Shown: positions 39,494 to 52,479 of the stretch, in pieces
How the letters are laid out: every line of letters starts with the position of its first letter
How positions within the stretch are numbered: position 1 is the stretch's first letter
DNA from: Octopus vulgaris
Taxonomy: Eukaryota
Reading direction: 5' to 3'
DNA: 64,000 bases
NCBI GenBank assembly: GCA_951406725.2
Contig: OX597839.1
Span: 18,910,001-18,974,000 of the forward strand
Notes under the pieces: model-generated
What the model saw: only the letters and a program-made list of their open reading frames with translations
Told to the model about the DNA's origin: nothing
Databases searched by the model: none
Program-made: the position numbers and the translations under genes

Positions 39494-39805
39494 TAGATTT
39501 AGCGCCTTCAGACTATCATCTCTTCGGCACCAAAAAAGAGGGTTTGAGAGGCAAACATTATTCCAGTGACGAGGAAGTGAAAACTGTAGTGAAGAAGTGG
39601 CTCAAAGAACAGTCAACAGAATTTTACGGGACAGGGATACATGCTCTCATTCGAAGGTGGAACATTGCTACTGAGAGAAACTGTGACTATGTTGAGAAGT
39701 AGGGATGTGATCCACAAAGCTTCATGTTGATGTATGATACATGTTCCTGTGTTGGTAATTACACCTGTCCTTAACAAAATGGTATTACTTTTTGACTCAC
39801 CCTCG
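39494..39805 (+). mobile_element. Mariner transposase C-terminal remnant with right TIR
   Basis: DLAPSDYHLF...FY..GI..L..RW...DYVEK, followed by the TIR-like ttactttttgactcaccctcg and TA. Confidence 0.9.
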
Positions 39806-39903
39806 TATATATATATATAGGCAAACCAAAAATAAAAACAACAGCCAAAAGGACCTACACAGTGAATGTATTACGTTGACGCTCAGTCTAAGATGGATGA
39901 GAG

Positions 39904-39936
39904 TTTGACGTTTCGAGCATGGCTGATCGTCAGAAA
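39904..39936 (-). ncRNA. Degenerate minimal hammerhead-like motif (Penelope-type remnant)
   Basis: Minus strand reads ttt-CTGACGA-tc-agc-cat-gct-c-GAAA-CGTC-aaa. Confidence 0.4.
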
Positions 39937-40023
39937 AAGGAGATAGGAAGGTCCAGACAGAGAGAGAAATAATCCAAGAAAAGCACTGTGTTGTTCTATA
40001 CATACATACATACATACATACAA

Positions 40024-40077
<54 letters not shown>

Positions 40078-40338
40078 TTAAAAGTCTTTTGTGAAAATTA
40101 CTTGATACACTTTTACTAAGGGCAAAAAAGATTATTTTTTTTAAAAAAAGCTGTGAATTCTTTATCAGAATGTCACTAAGCTTCTTGTAAGAAGTTTCTT
40201 TCTAGCGTGTGTAAGAGCTTTCGATTATCTTTTCAAATACACCTGTTATATATACAGTAGAACCTCGGTTTTCAAACAACTCTGATCACGAATATATCGT
40301 GCTTTATCTCCAGGCTTTCTCATATTCACTTCGGCTTA

Positions 40339-40404
40339 CAGTAGTACTTCGGTTTACGAACGCCTCTGATCAAGAATAAATCGTGCTTTATATCTATCTA
40401 TCTC

Positions 40405-40448
<44 letters not shown>

Positions 40449-40608
40449 CGCAGGAGTGGCTGTGTGGTAAGTAGCTTGCTTACCAACCACATGGTTCCGG
40501 GTTCAGTCTCACTGCGTGGCATCTTGGGCAAGTGTCTTCTACTATAGCCGCGGGCCGACCAAAGCCTTGTGAGTGGATTTGGTAGACGGAAACTGAAAGA
40601 AGCCTGTC

Positions 40609-40656
<48 letters not shown>

Positions 40657-40948
40657 ATATTTGTGTGTCTGTGTTTGTCCCCCTAGCATTGCTTGACAAC
40701 CGATGCTGGTGTGTTTACGTCGCCGTCACTTAGCAGTTCGGCAAAAGAGACCGATAGAATAAGTACTGGGCTTACAAAGAATAAGTCCCGGAGTCGATTT
40801 GCTCGACTAAAGGCGGTGCTCCAGCATGGCCGCAGTCAAATGACCGAAACAAGTAAAAGAGTAAAAAAAAAGAGTATATATATATATATATATATATAAA
40901 GCACGATTTATTCACGATCAGAGTTGTACGAAAACCGAGGTACTACTG
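40339..40948. mobile_element. Tigger/pogo-like MITE TIR pair (about 52 bp) enclosing a SINE A; extra orphan TIR at 40255-40306
   Basis: TA-cagtagtacttcggttt..gaataaatcgtgcttta vs taaagcacgatttattc..aaaccgaggtactactg. Confidence 0.75.
40446..40875 (+). mobile_element. SINE family A, full length and low-divergence
   Basis: Complete head-to-tail copy within (TA)n. Confidence 0.93.
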
Positions 40949-40959
40949 TGTTTGCATCC

Positions 40960-41155
40960 GTTTTTGTCCCCTGCTGCCGCTTGACTACCTGTGTTGCTAT
41001 GTTTACTTCGCTATAAACTAGACGAAACAGATCGATAAGTACGAGGCTTTAATATAAAATGAAGTGCTAGGGTAATTTCATCCGTCTAAAAATTCTTCAC
41101 GGTGGTGCCCCAGCTTGGCCGCATTCCAATGACTGAGATAAGAAAACGAAAAGAT
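40960..41155 (+). mobile_element. Old SINE family A 3' half
   Basis: ggtggtgccccagcttggccgcattccaatgactgaga. Confidence 0.7.
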
Positions 41156-41489
41156 GCCTCGTGTACAGCTTCCCAATAAAACACATCATCTCTCTGCTCC
41201 AGGCGCGGATGGAGCAGCCTCAAATTGATGTATGTGTCGATAGCTTACAGAACCGAGTTCAAATCCCTGTTCCGTTCCGGTGAATGGTAAATGAATAGAT
41301 GACGCTCGTACATGTAGTGTCTGTAAGAGGTTTTCGATTGGACAGAACCGAGACGGGTTCGAGTTCACGTTCGGTATACATTCAGTCACGTAAAATTCAT
41401 CAGCTTAATTATTCATTAACTCAATTCTCATCGTCCCCATCGTCTTAATCAGAATCCAACCGCTTCCTTTCTTTTCTTCCAAATATCCT

Positions 41490-42420
41490 TATTTTGTCAT
41501 CGTCATCGTTGCCTTTATCATCATCATCATCATTGATGCGGTTTTAATGATCGTCGTCGTCGTCATCATCATCGTTTTCGTTGTCATCATCATCACCAGC
41601 ACCACCCCCACCACCGACACCACCACCACCACTACCATCACCATCAACCACCACCACCACCGCCGCCGACACCACCAAAGCCACCACCACCACCACCACC
41701 ACCACAACAACACCACCACCACCACCACCACGACTATCATCATCGTTATCATCATCATATTCGTAGGCGACTTCATCATCATTGTCCTCGTTATCATCAT
41801 CATCATCCTCATCATTCTCATCATGATGGTGGGGTGGTTGAGACCGTGGTGGTGGCAGTGAAGTTTGTGCTGGACGTAGTGGTGTTGGTTTTAGAGTGTG
41901 GGCAGTAGTGGCAGTAGCGATGTTGCTGTTCGTGGTAGTGAAGATTATCGTTGCGGTAATTATCTTGATGGTGGTGTTCTGATAGTAGTGGTGGTGGTGG
42001 AGGTGATGGAGTGGTGGTGGTAGTAGTGTGGTGGCTGTGTTGGTGGTGATAGTGCTGGTGGTGGTGGTAGCAGTGCGGTGGCTGTAGTGGTGGTGACAGT
42101 GCTGGTGGTATCGGTGGTGGTGGTGGTGGAGGAGGTGATGGGGTGGTGGTGGTAGAAGTGTGGTGGCTGTGGTGGTGGTGACAGTGCTGGTGGTGTCGGT
42201 GATGAGGTGGTGGTGGTGGCGGAGTGATGGTTGTGGTGGTAGTTCTGGTATCATCATATTCATCGTCATCATCCTCATCGTCCTCGTTGTCATCATCACT
42301 GCCCTTATCATCATCATCATAACCACCACCACCACTACTACCACGACCATCATCATCGTTAACATCATCGTCAGTATCATATTTTTGGCCATCGTCATCA
42401 TTATTACCGTCATCATCATC
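41490..42420. repeat. Trinucleotide array with strand switches, (CAT/CAC)n-(GGT)n-(CAT)n
   Basis: Direct inspection. Confidence 0.9.
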
Positions 42421-42479
42421 ATGGTCAGCGTAAGAGAACCACACAAGAACACAAGGAAAGGGAACGTATGTGTGTGCAG

Positions 42480-43400
42480 GGAGGGGGGATGGAAGGGAAG
42501 TATGTAGAAAATAGTAGTATGGGGTTGGGTAGGGAGAATGAGAGGGTGGAGAGAGAGAAATGAGAAGAATCAAATTGAGAGAGGAAAAGAATATGAGAGT
42601 AGGGCAGAAAGAGAGAGAGAGGGAGATTGAGGGGGGGATCGATGAGGAGGGGGAGAGAGAGAGAGAGTGATAGAGGTGGGGAGAGGAGAGGGAAGTGGAA
42701 GAGAAAGGGTAGAGAGAGTAGGAGTGATAGGTGGAGAGACAGAGAAGGAAAGATTAGAGGAGAGAGGAAGACAGTGGGGGGGGGGATGAGAATGATAAAG
42801 TAAAGGAGAGAGTGAGAAGAGAACGAGAGTGAGAGAGACAGGAATAGGCGAGAGAAAGAACGAGAAAGAGGAAAGAGGAGGAGGAAGGCAGAAAGCGAGA
42901 GAAAGAGTGAGAGTGAGAGAGGAAGAGACAGAGGAAGAAAGAGACAGAGTGAGAGAGGAAGAGAGAGAGACAAGGAGAGAGCGAGAAGAAGAGAGAAAGT
43001 GAGAGGGAAAGGAAAAGAAAGAGAAGGAGAAAGACAGAAAGAATGAGGAAGTCTAAGGGCGAGAGAGAAGGAGAGAGAGAGAGAGAGAGAAATAGACAGA
43101 GTAAGAGAGGAAGAGTGAGAAAGAAAGAGAGAGACAAGGAGAGAGCGAGAAGAAGAGAGAAAGTAAGGGAGATTGAGACTGAGAGATAAAAAGAGAGTAG
43201 AAGAGAGAGAGATGGAAAAGAGGGAGAAAGAAAAGAGGAGAGAGAAAGGAAGAAAAAAGGAAAGACGTGTGTGTATGTGAGAGAGAGGGAAATAGAAAGA
43301 GAGAGGGGGAGTTTAGAGATATGACAGACGAGACAGTGATCTGAGGGATGAGAGTTCGGGTTAGGGGCAAGGACAGAAGACAAGGAGATGAAGTTGAACA
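42480..43400. repeat. Purine-rich (GA) tract of about 900 bp
   Basis: Direct inspection; agagagagacaaggagagagcgagaagaagagagaaagt is duplicated internally. Confidence 0.9.
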
Positions 43401-43779
43401 AATTTTCTAAAAGTTAAGCAAATTACAACAAAATAAAATAAAATAAAGAAATAAAACAGATAACAAAAGAAACAAATTTAAAAAAAACAATACAACAGAA
43501 ACAAGTCCATAGGAAAGATAAATAATGAACGAGGGAACGAATGAAATAAAGATAAAAAAATTAAAAGAGGGGTGGGGGAAAGCGTGATATAAAGAATGAG
43601 AGATGAGATGCGATTAGTGTTGACGTGAAGAACAGATTAGGGATAGAGATAGACAGGTAACTAAATAAATATATTAAAAAAATAACAGAATAACGGATAA
43701 AATAATGAGGCGAAAAGGAAATATAAAATGGCGGCCAAAACTAATCCTTATTTCGTTATCGTCTCTAGCGACATTATCG

Positions 43780-44580
43780 CCATTGTTACCGCCGCTTATG
43801 ACGTCAATGCTATAACAAACGCTACCGCCACCGCCATAGTGTCTGTCGCTATTGACACCACCACCACTACTATCATCATCATCGTTATCATCATCATCAT
43901 CGTTATCATCATCATCAGAAGCAGCGGGACTGGTATTGGTGTCACCACTAGTACTACGACAACACCACCACCAACACCACCGTGAGAACAACTCGCCATC
44001 ACTATCACGGTGGCCATCGCCACGGATATCATCACTACCGCCGCTATCATAGCAATCATCATCACTAGCAACATCAACACAGCAAACCATGACCACCACC
44101 ACCACCTGCACCATCAGCACCAGCATCACCACCACCACTACCAACCACCACCAGCACTACCACCAACTTCAACATCACTACAGCCGCTCTTACCACCAGA
44201 GCAAACACCATCATTATCACGATAGCCACTGCAGATAACATCACCATCACCATCACACCATCGCCATCACCACAATCATCTTTATTAGTATCACAACTAC
44301 AACACCACCATCATTATCACGATTGCCAGTGCTAATGACACCACCACCACCTCCACTATCACTATATGTATCAGCAGCGCTAAATACCAAAAACCACCAC
44401 CGCCATCACAACGACCACTATAACTACCGTCAGAAGGATCCCAACTTTATAACCACCCCAACTATAGCCACCACCATGACAACTATAACCACCATCACCT
44501 CATGCACCACCTCAACCACAACTTCAACCACAACTGCCACCAACCCCAACCATCACCACTACTATCGTCGCAACCACAAT
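43780..44580. repeat. Degenerate (CAC/CAT)n array
   Basis: Direct inspection. Confidence 0.85.
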
Positions 44581-44852
44581 AAATCTCTTAATACAGGCTG
44601 TTCAAAAAGTCTCTTCGCAGTGAATTTTTTGAAGCCACCATCAACATCAAGAGATATTGCTCAAACATTGTCTATCCATTTGTAGGGCAGCTCACTGAAA
44701 GTGGAATTTATAAGCCATAAACAATAGGAGAGGCCAGTATGCGGATCCCTTGCATGCTAAAGATAGACGTCAAACCGTCTTACCATGAAATCTGAGTTCT
44801 CAACTTAGTAAGATGCTAGATGTTTACGAGCGAGACAAATGAAAAGAAATAG

Positions 44853-44905
<53 letters not shown>

Positions 44906-44908
<3 letters not shown>

Positions 44909-45325
44909 CGCAGGAGTGGGTGTGTGGTAAGTAGCTTGCTTATTAACCACATGGTTCCGGGTTCAGTCCCACTGCATGGCACCATGGGCATGTGTCTCCT
45001 ACTATAGCCTCGGGCTGACCAAAGCCTTGTGAGTGTATTTGGTAGACAGAAACTGAAAAAAGCCCGTGTGTGTGTCCCACCCCAACACCGCTTGACAACC
45101 GATGCTGATATGTTTACGTCCCCGTAACTTTGCGATTCGGCAAAAGAGACCGATAGAATAACTACTAGGCTTGCATAGATATGTACACGGATTTCTTTCC
45201 ACCCATGAGGCTTTGGTCGGCAAAAAGCTATAGTAGAAGTAACTTGCTCAAGGTGCCACGTATTGGGACTGAACCCGGAACCATGTGGTTTTGGAAGCAA
45301 ACTTCTTACCACACAACCACGCTTG
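44906..45325. mobile_element. SINE family A (+ 44906-45173) abutting an inverted SINE A head (- 45187-45325)
   Basis: Homology to other family A copies. Confidence 0.85.
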
Positions 45326-45351
45326 CATCAATATATATATATATATATATA

Positions 45352-45395
<44 letters not shown>

Positions 45396-45604
45396 TGTGT
45401 GGGAGTGTGTGTGTGTGTGTATGTGTGTGTGTGTGTGCCTAACTACATAAATGTATATAATGTGCGCCTTCGAAATTTGAACTCAGAATGTAAAGACGGA
45501 CGAAACGCCGCGAAGCATTTTGTCCGACGTGCTAACGATTTTGCTAACTCACCGACTCACAAACATACACACACACACACACAAACGCACGCACAAGCAC
45601 ACAC

Positions 45605-46120
45605 AGTGCATTCAGTCCCACAGCGGTGCACATTGGGTGTATGTCTTTCACCATAGTATTTGACCAAGCAAATCCTCTGAGCAGATTTGGTGGACGGAAA
45701 CTGAAAGAAGCCCGTCGTATTCTGTTATTCTATTACTTGTTTCAACCAATATACTGCAGCGAATATGGAGTTAAAGGGTTTTAGTCGAAGAAATCGACTC
45801 GCTGTAAGCCTAGTACTTATGCTAGTACTTATGGCAAGGTTACGGGGACGTAAACACACCAACATTAGTTGTCCAGCTGTGGTGGGATGGGGGACAAACA
45901 CAGACAGAAACACACACACACACACATTATATATGTATATATATGTGTGTGTGTGTAATATATACAACGGCTTCTTCGAGTTTCCGTCTACCAAATCCAC
46001 TCACAAGACTTTGGTCTGCTCGAAGTTATAGTAGAAGACACTTACCCAAGGTGCCACGCAGTGGAAATCAACGAATAACTATGTGTTTGGAAAGCAAGCG
46101 ATTTACCACACAACCACACC

Positions 46121-46169
<49 letters not shown>

Positions 46170-46370
46170 TGCAAGTGTGTTTGTGTGTGCCTTTGTGTCT
46201 GTATTTATGTTCTCATAACTTAAGGGTTCGGTAAATGAGAACCTATAGAATAAGTACCAGGTTTAAATGAAAAAAGTATTGGCGTCAATTCATTCGACTA
46301 AAAAGTCCTCCAAGGCGTTGCCCCAGCATGGCCGCAGTCTAGTTACTGACACAAGCGAAAGGTAAAAGAG
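45605..46370. mobile_element. Nested SINE A: + head 45605-45720, - copy 45722-46100, + tail 46190-46370
   Basis: The two halves of the outer copy are collinear around the inner copy. Confidence 0.8.
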
Positions 46371-46874
46371 TATGTATATATACACACTAACAACGATATA
46401 AACAACGCTAAGAGCATAAACAACAACAAGAACTACAAGTACAGTGATAGCAGACTCACAACAACAACAATATAACCAGCCAGTCAGCCAGCTCTTAAAA
46501 CACTAACATCAACGCCAACACCTGCTACTCCAACCACATTACCAGAGACAGCAACCAGGTCCGCATCAACACCCACCCACGCCAACTTTAACCGACACCA
46601 ACCACAACAACCAACCACACCGACCAAACCAACCAACCAACCAGCCAACAAGACAGACAAAGAACAGCTAAAACAGAGATTCCTTCAATGATATAGTTGG
46701 TGATAATTTTCTTTTTGGTGCCAGTCACGTGGGAGTTGATATGAAGAGCGGCCATGTCAACGGAAGTGACAGATCGTGAAGACAAATGGCGAATCAATGC
46801 AGAACAAATGAAGCTAACGTCTTGTTCGTTGGATAGCGCTACTTAATATAAATACTATGCTACGGTGAATTATG

Positions 46875-47738
46875 GAGTGTGTGTGTGTGTATATGTGTGT
46901 GTATGTGTGTGTGTGTGAATGAGAGAGAAAGTTTTGAGTTTGTATGTCAGAGTGTGTGTATGGGAGGTTGTTTGGTTGTGTGCGTATGTGCGTGAGTGAT
47001 TGTGTGTATGTGTGAATTAAAAGGCGGGGAGTATGTGTGTGTGTGTGTGTATGTATGTGTACGTGTGTGTGTGTGTATGTGTGTGTGTGTGTGTGTGTTT
47101 GTGAATGAGAGAGAAAGTGTTTGAGTTTGTATGTGTCAGAGTGTGTGTATGGGAGGTTGTTTGGTTGTGTGCGTGTGTGCGAGTGATTGTGTGTATGTGT
47201 GAGTTAAAAGGCGGAGAGTATGTGTGTGTGTGCGTGAATGTGTGTATGTGTACGTGTGTGTGGGCATGAGAATGAGGGAGCGTCGGTGTGTGAGTGTATG
47301 TAAGATGTGTGCGAGAGGGTATTTGGTTGTGTGCGTGTGTGTGAGTGATTGTATGTGTGTGTGAGTTAAAAGGCGGAGAGTATGTGTGTGTGTGTGCATG
47401 TGTATGTGTATGTATGTGTACGTGTGTGTGGGCATGAGAATGAGAGACAGAGAGAGCGTCGGTGTGTGAGTGTATGTGAGATGAGATGTGTATGAGAGGG
47501 TGTTTGGGTGTGTGCGAGTGTTTTAGTGTGAATGAATGTATGTGTGTGTGTGTGTGTGTGAGATTGAATGTATGTCTGTGTGAGTGAATATATGTACGGG
47601 GGGGGGGGGGAGGATAAAAAGTGTGTATGTTTGTTTGTGTGCAAGTGAACATATATGAGCGTGACTGTGTGTGAGCGTAACATATGTATGGTCTGTATGT
47701 TGTCGGCAATCTTTCTACCTATTTCTCTCTCTCTCGCT

Positions 47739-47769
<31 letters not shown>

Positions 47770-47813
47770 ACACACACACACAAACACACACACAAACACA
47801 CACACAAACACAA

Positions 47814-47889
<76 letters not shown>

Positions 47890-47900
47890 AAACACACACA

Positions 47901-47948
<48 letters not shown>

Positions 47949-48130
47949 AACACAACACACACACACACACAAACTACACACAAAAACACACACACAAACA
48001 AACACACACACAAATACACATACACATAAACACACACACACACACACAAATACACACACAAACCACACACAAACACACACACACACACAACACACACACA
48101 AACACACACACACACTCACACACACACACG
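46875..48130. repeat. (TG)n-derived duplicated units followed by a long (CA)n tract
   Basis: Direct inspection. Confidence 0.9.
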
Positions 48131-49369
48131 CATGAGAATGTCTTAGTCTCCATTTATGTGGAGATGTGTAGAAGTTAATTTTATAGAAGTACATGTGCAA
48201 GCAAAAAAAAACGATAGTTTAAATGTACTGGACGACAAAACGCAGAGTAATTAGAAGACAATTAATTGTCCAGAAACTACAAGCAACAATGTATGCGTTT
48301 TCAATATATACGCGTGCATAAATATCTACGTATTACTACTGTACATGCATGTGTGTGAATATATCTGTGTGGATGGGTGTACATTATACTGACAAACCTC
48401 AACTTACGTCGTTTCGAGTTACGTCTTTCCCCACTTTACAGCCTTCTATTTTTTTAAAAAGAAATTAATGGAAAAATAAATTATAACATCAGTCGGTTTC
48501 TCCGACTTTGTGTCTGTCTCAACGAACATATTTTAAAAATATAAAGATTTAAAAACAAAATATTTCGGTATGGTAATTTTTGTTGTTGTTGTCAAATAAC
48601 CACACGCACTAAAGACTTGTTCTTCGTTTCAGTTCTATTTTTGCTCTTATTTTATTCTGCTTTGTCTGAAACTTTTCGTCACACATCCTGTGACCTCTTC
48701 CGTGACTCTCCATCCCACGTATCTCCTCCCGTCCAGTCTGTCTTTCTGTAGTGTTTATCCTTATCTGAACATGCGATTTCCTCTATATCTGTGTATTTAT
48801 GTGTGTGCGTATCTATGTATTTATTATGTATTCTCTGTGTGTGTATATGGGTTTTCTTAGTATATTGTTTGTACCCGTTTCTTTCATTTAGTTTGTTATT
48901 CATTAATTTACTTATCTATTTCTCTATTTCCTTCTCTCTTTCTATCTTTTGTCATCATGTTGCTTACTGTGCTGGAGGGGTATCATTCTTTCATTCATGT
49001 TTTCTGTTGAGGCTCGGTCTATCTACTACTATGTGTGTGGTCTTTGTCATCTGTCTACGTGTCGTGTATGTTCTATGTTGATAATACCTTCACACCTATG
49101 TTATTAACCGAGCTTCTAAGTTCAAATTGAGCGTGCTGATTCAGCAATGACGAGTTTTTCTCCTCTTTGAGCTCCTCCCAGTGTACACCTATTTCTTCCC
49201 TTGCACTACGTGCTGTCTCTCCAAAGCATGTTATTGTCCTAAAGTGTTTACTAAAATAGATATGAGCTGATTGAATTGGATTGGATTGAATTGCTTATGT
49301 TTAGTCCACTGCAGGACTATCATTACAACAGTAAAATATACGTGGTAGATGATAAATAAGCTAAATATC

Positions 49370-49685
49370 TGTTCGGTTACGAGGATGAGCTTTCCGGTAG
49401 ATCCTATTAGCGGAATAACATGTTCGTGACATTAACTTGCAGGTGGCTGAGCTCTCCGCAGACACGTAGAGCCGTTATGTAGTTCTCAGGAAGATTCAAC
49501 ATGACACAACGTGACAAGTCTGGCCCTTTGAATTACAGGTACAACTCATTTTTGCCAGCTGAGTGGACTGGAGCAGCGTGAAATGAAGTGTTTCGATGAC
49601 GTGTACAACGCACCACCGGGAATCGAACTCGTGACCTTACGATTGTGAATCGAATACCCTAACCAAAAAGCCACATGTCTGCACA
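49370..49685 (-). mobile_element. SINE with family C-type head and a third tail type
   Basis: actcatttttgccagctgagtggactggagcagcgtgaaatgaagtg is shared with family C; the distal sequence differs. Confidence 0.7.
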
Positions 49686-50079
49686 GGTGTTAAAATTACA
49701 ACGAGACATTGGTGAAACAAAATATATTTTGTCAGACTAAATATTAGAGATTAAATATTATATACAGTCTCAGATTTATGCCGGGAATTTTATTCTTAGT
49801 GGTCGGAAATAGGTTCTATTCAATTTGCCAAACACCAAGAATAATAGAGATTTGAAATTTTGGCAAAACACTAGCAATTTCGTGGGTGGGGTATAAGTTG
49901 ATTGCATTGACCCCAGTGTTCAACTGGTACTTATTGCCGCGAAACATTTTGCCCGGTGTGCTAACGATTCCTCCAGCTCGTAGTCTGAGCACCAAGTATA
50001 ATAAGATTAAAAACTGTTTCAATATTTTAAGCAACGGCTTAGGAGTGATGTATTTACTCACGATTTGCAAGTTTGATTG

Positions 50080-50113
50080 TTTCTGTTGAAGAGCGTAGGC
50101 TCGAAACGTAAAA
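50080..50113 (+). ncRNA. Minimal hammerhead-like motif (Penelope-type remnant)
   Basis: ttt-CTGTTGA-a-gagc-gtag-gctc-GAAA-CGTA-aaa; the core has A6>U. Confidence 0.4.
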
Positions 50114-50211
50114 GACTTTTTTTATTTATATTCCTGAGCGCCATACTAATACAATTGTTTGTTTGTATTCCACCTGCCTTCGTCTTTTATTTATTTTCAT
50201 AAAGCTTCCCG

Positions 50212-50253
<42 letters not shown>

Positions 50254-50256
<3 letters not shown>

Positions 50257-50950
50257 CGCAGGAGTGGCTGTGTGGTAAATAGTTTGCTTACCAACTACAG
50301 AGTTCCTGGTGCAGTACCACTTCGTGGCACCTTGGGAGAGTGTCTTCTACTATAGCCTCGGACCGACAAAAGCCTTGTGAGTAGATTTGGTAGACGGAAA
50401 CTAAAGGAAGCCCGTCGTATATATATATATATATATATATATTCTCTTTTCTCTTTTTTACTCTTTTACTTGTTTCCGTCATTTTGACTGCGGCCATGCT
50501 GGAGCACCGCTTTAGTCGAGCAAATCGACCCCAGGACTTATTCTTTGTAAGCCCAGTACTTATTCTATCGGTCTCTTTTGTCGAACCGCTAAGTGACGGG
50601 GACGTAAACACACCAGCATCGGTTGTCAAGCAATGCTAGGGGGACAAACACAGACACACAAACACATACACACACATATATACATACATATATACGACAG
50701 GCTTCTTTCAGTTTCCGTCTACCAAATCAACTCACAAGGCATCGGTTGGCCCAGGGCTATAGCAGAAGACACTTGCCCAAGGTGCCACGCAGTGGGACTG
50801 AACCCGGAACCATGTGGCTGCTTAGCAAGCTACTTACCACACAGCCATCCCTGCGCCTTATATATATATATGTTTGTGTGTCTATGTTTGTCACCCCAAC
50901 ATCGCTTGACAACCGATGCTGGTGTGTTTACGTCCCCGTCACGTAGCGGG
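50254..50950. mobile_element. Nested SINE A: + head 50254-50418, full - copy 50455-50858, + tail fragment 50875-50950
   Basis: The inner copy sits in the internal (TA)n of the outer copy. Confidence 0.88.
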
Positions 50951-51070
50951 GATTTTAAGGTTGGAATATGGAGTTTTAGCGTCTCTTTCTAGCAGTGCGT
51001 GGTGAGGCGTAAAGCCGACCACTTGTTAGAATTATATATAAATTTATAAAATATTATATATATATATATA

Positions 51071-51458
51071 TACTCTTTTACTTGTTTCAGTCATTTGACT
51101 GTGGCCATGCTGGAGCACCGCCTTTAGTCGAGCAAATCGACCCCGGGACTTATTCTTGTGTAAGCCCAGTACTTATTCTATCGGTCTCTTTTGCCGAACC
51201 GCTAAGTGACGGGGACGTAAACACACCAGCATCGGTTGTCAAGCAATGCTAGGGGGACAAACACAGACACGCAAACACACATATATATATATATACATAT
51301 TTTCGACAGGCTCCTTTCAGTTTCCGCCTACCAAATCAGGCATTGGTCGGCCCGGGGCTATAGCAGAAGACACTTGCCCAAGATGCCACGCAGTGGGACT
51401 GAACCCGGAACCATGTGGTTGGTAAGCAAGCTACTTACCACACAGCCACTCCTGCGCC
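51071..51458 (-). mobile_element. SINE family A, full length
   Basis: Homology to 8113-8510. Confidence 0.92.
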
Positions 51459-51949
51459 TAATATATATATATATAAGTACTCTTATTTTTCTGAGGACTG
51501 ACTCAAATGAGGGTATCAAAGAACAAGGTCAACATGGCACTTAATGGATTCGAACTTAGAGCATAAAATTAACTGAAAACAGAAAAAAACCCCAATAATA
51601 ACAATAATAATAACAATGATAATAAACCCCTTAAACAAACCAACAAGTACTCGTTTCATGCAATGGGCGGCATGTTTCAAATCCATTTGAACCCTTCTGT
51701 CAATACTGGGAGTCTGTTTGATAATCATCCGGCCCCAACATCCGACATTTTATGCAGTAACGCTTTGAATGAAACACACAGACCACATTTAGACAAACAC
51801 ACGCGCATGCGCACACAAACGCAAGCAGGCAAGCATGTACTTGCACGCGCGCCCGCAAACACACACGCACGTACACACACACAAAATGCACAGAATGAAT
51901 CATTCGTTTGTGTTACAGGATTACTTTAAAATATTAGCCATAGCGACGT

Positions 51950-51989
51950 CATATATATATATACATATATATACATACATATATATATA

Positions 51990-52020
<31 letters not shown>

Positions 52021-52414
52021 ACATATATAAATACATATATATATACATACATATATATATACATATATATACATACATATATATATACATATATATAGAT
52101 ACATATATACATATATATATACATATATATATATATATACACATATATATATATATATACATATATATATACGCATATATACACAATTACACATACATAC
52201 TTTATTCATATATATATATACTTGCATATATATATATATGTATATAAGGATGCGTTACGTATATATAATTATATATCACATGCATCTATATATGTGTATA
52301 TATATATATACATACATATATATATAGATGCATGTGATATATACTTATATATACGTAACACATACTTATATGCCTATATATATATAGGTATGTATATATA
52401 TATATATACATACC

Positions 52415-52479
<65 letters not shown>

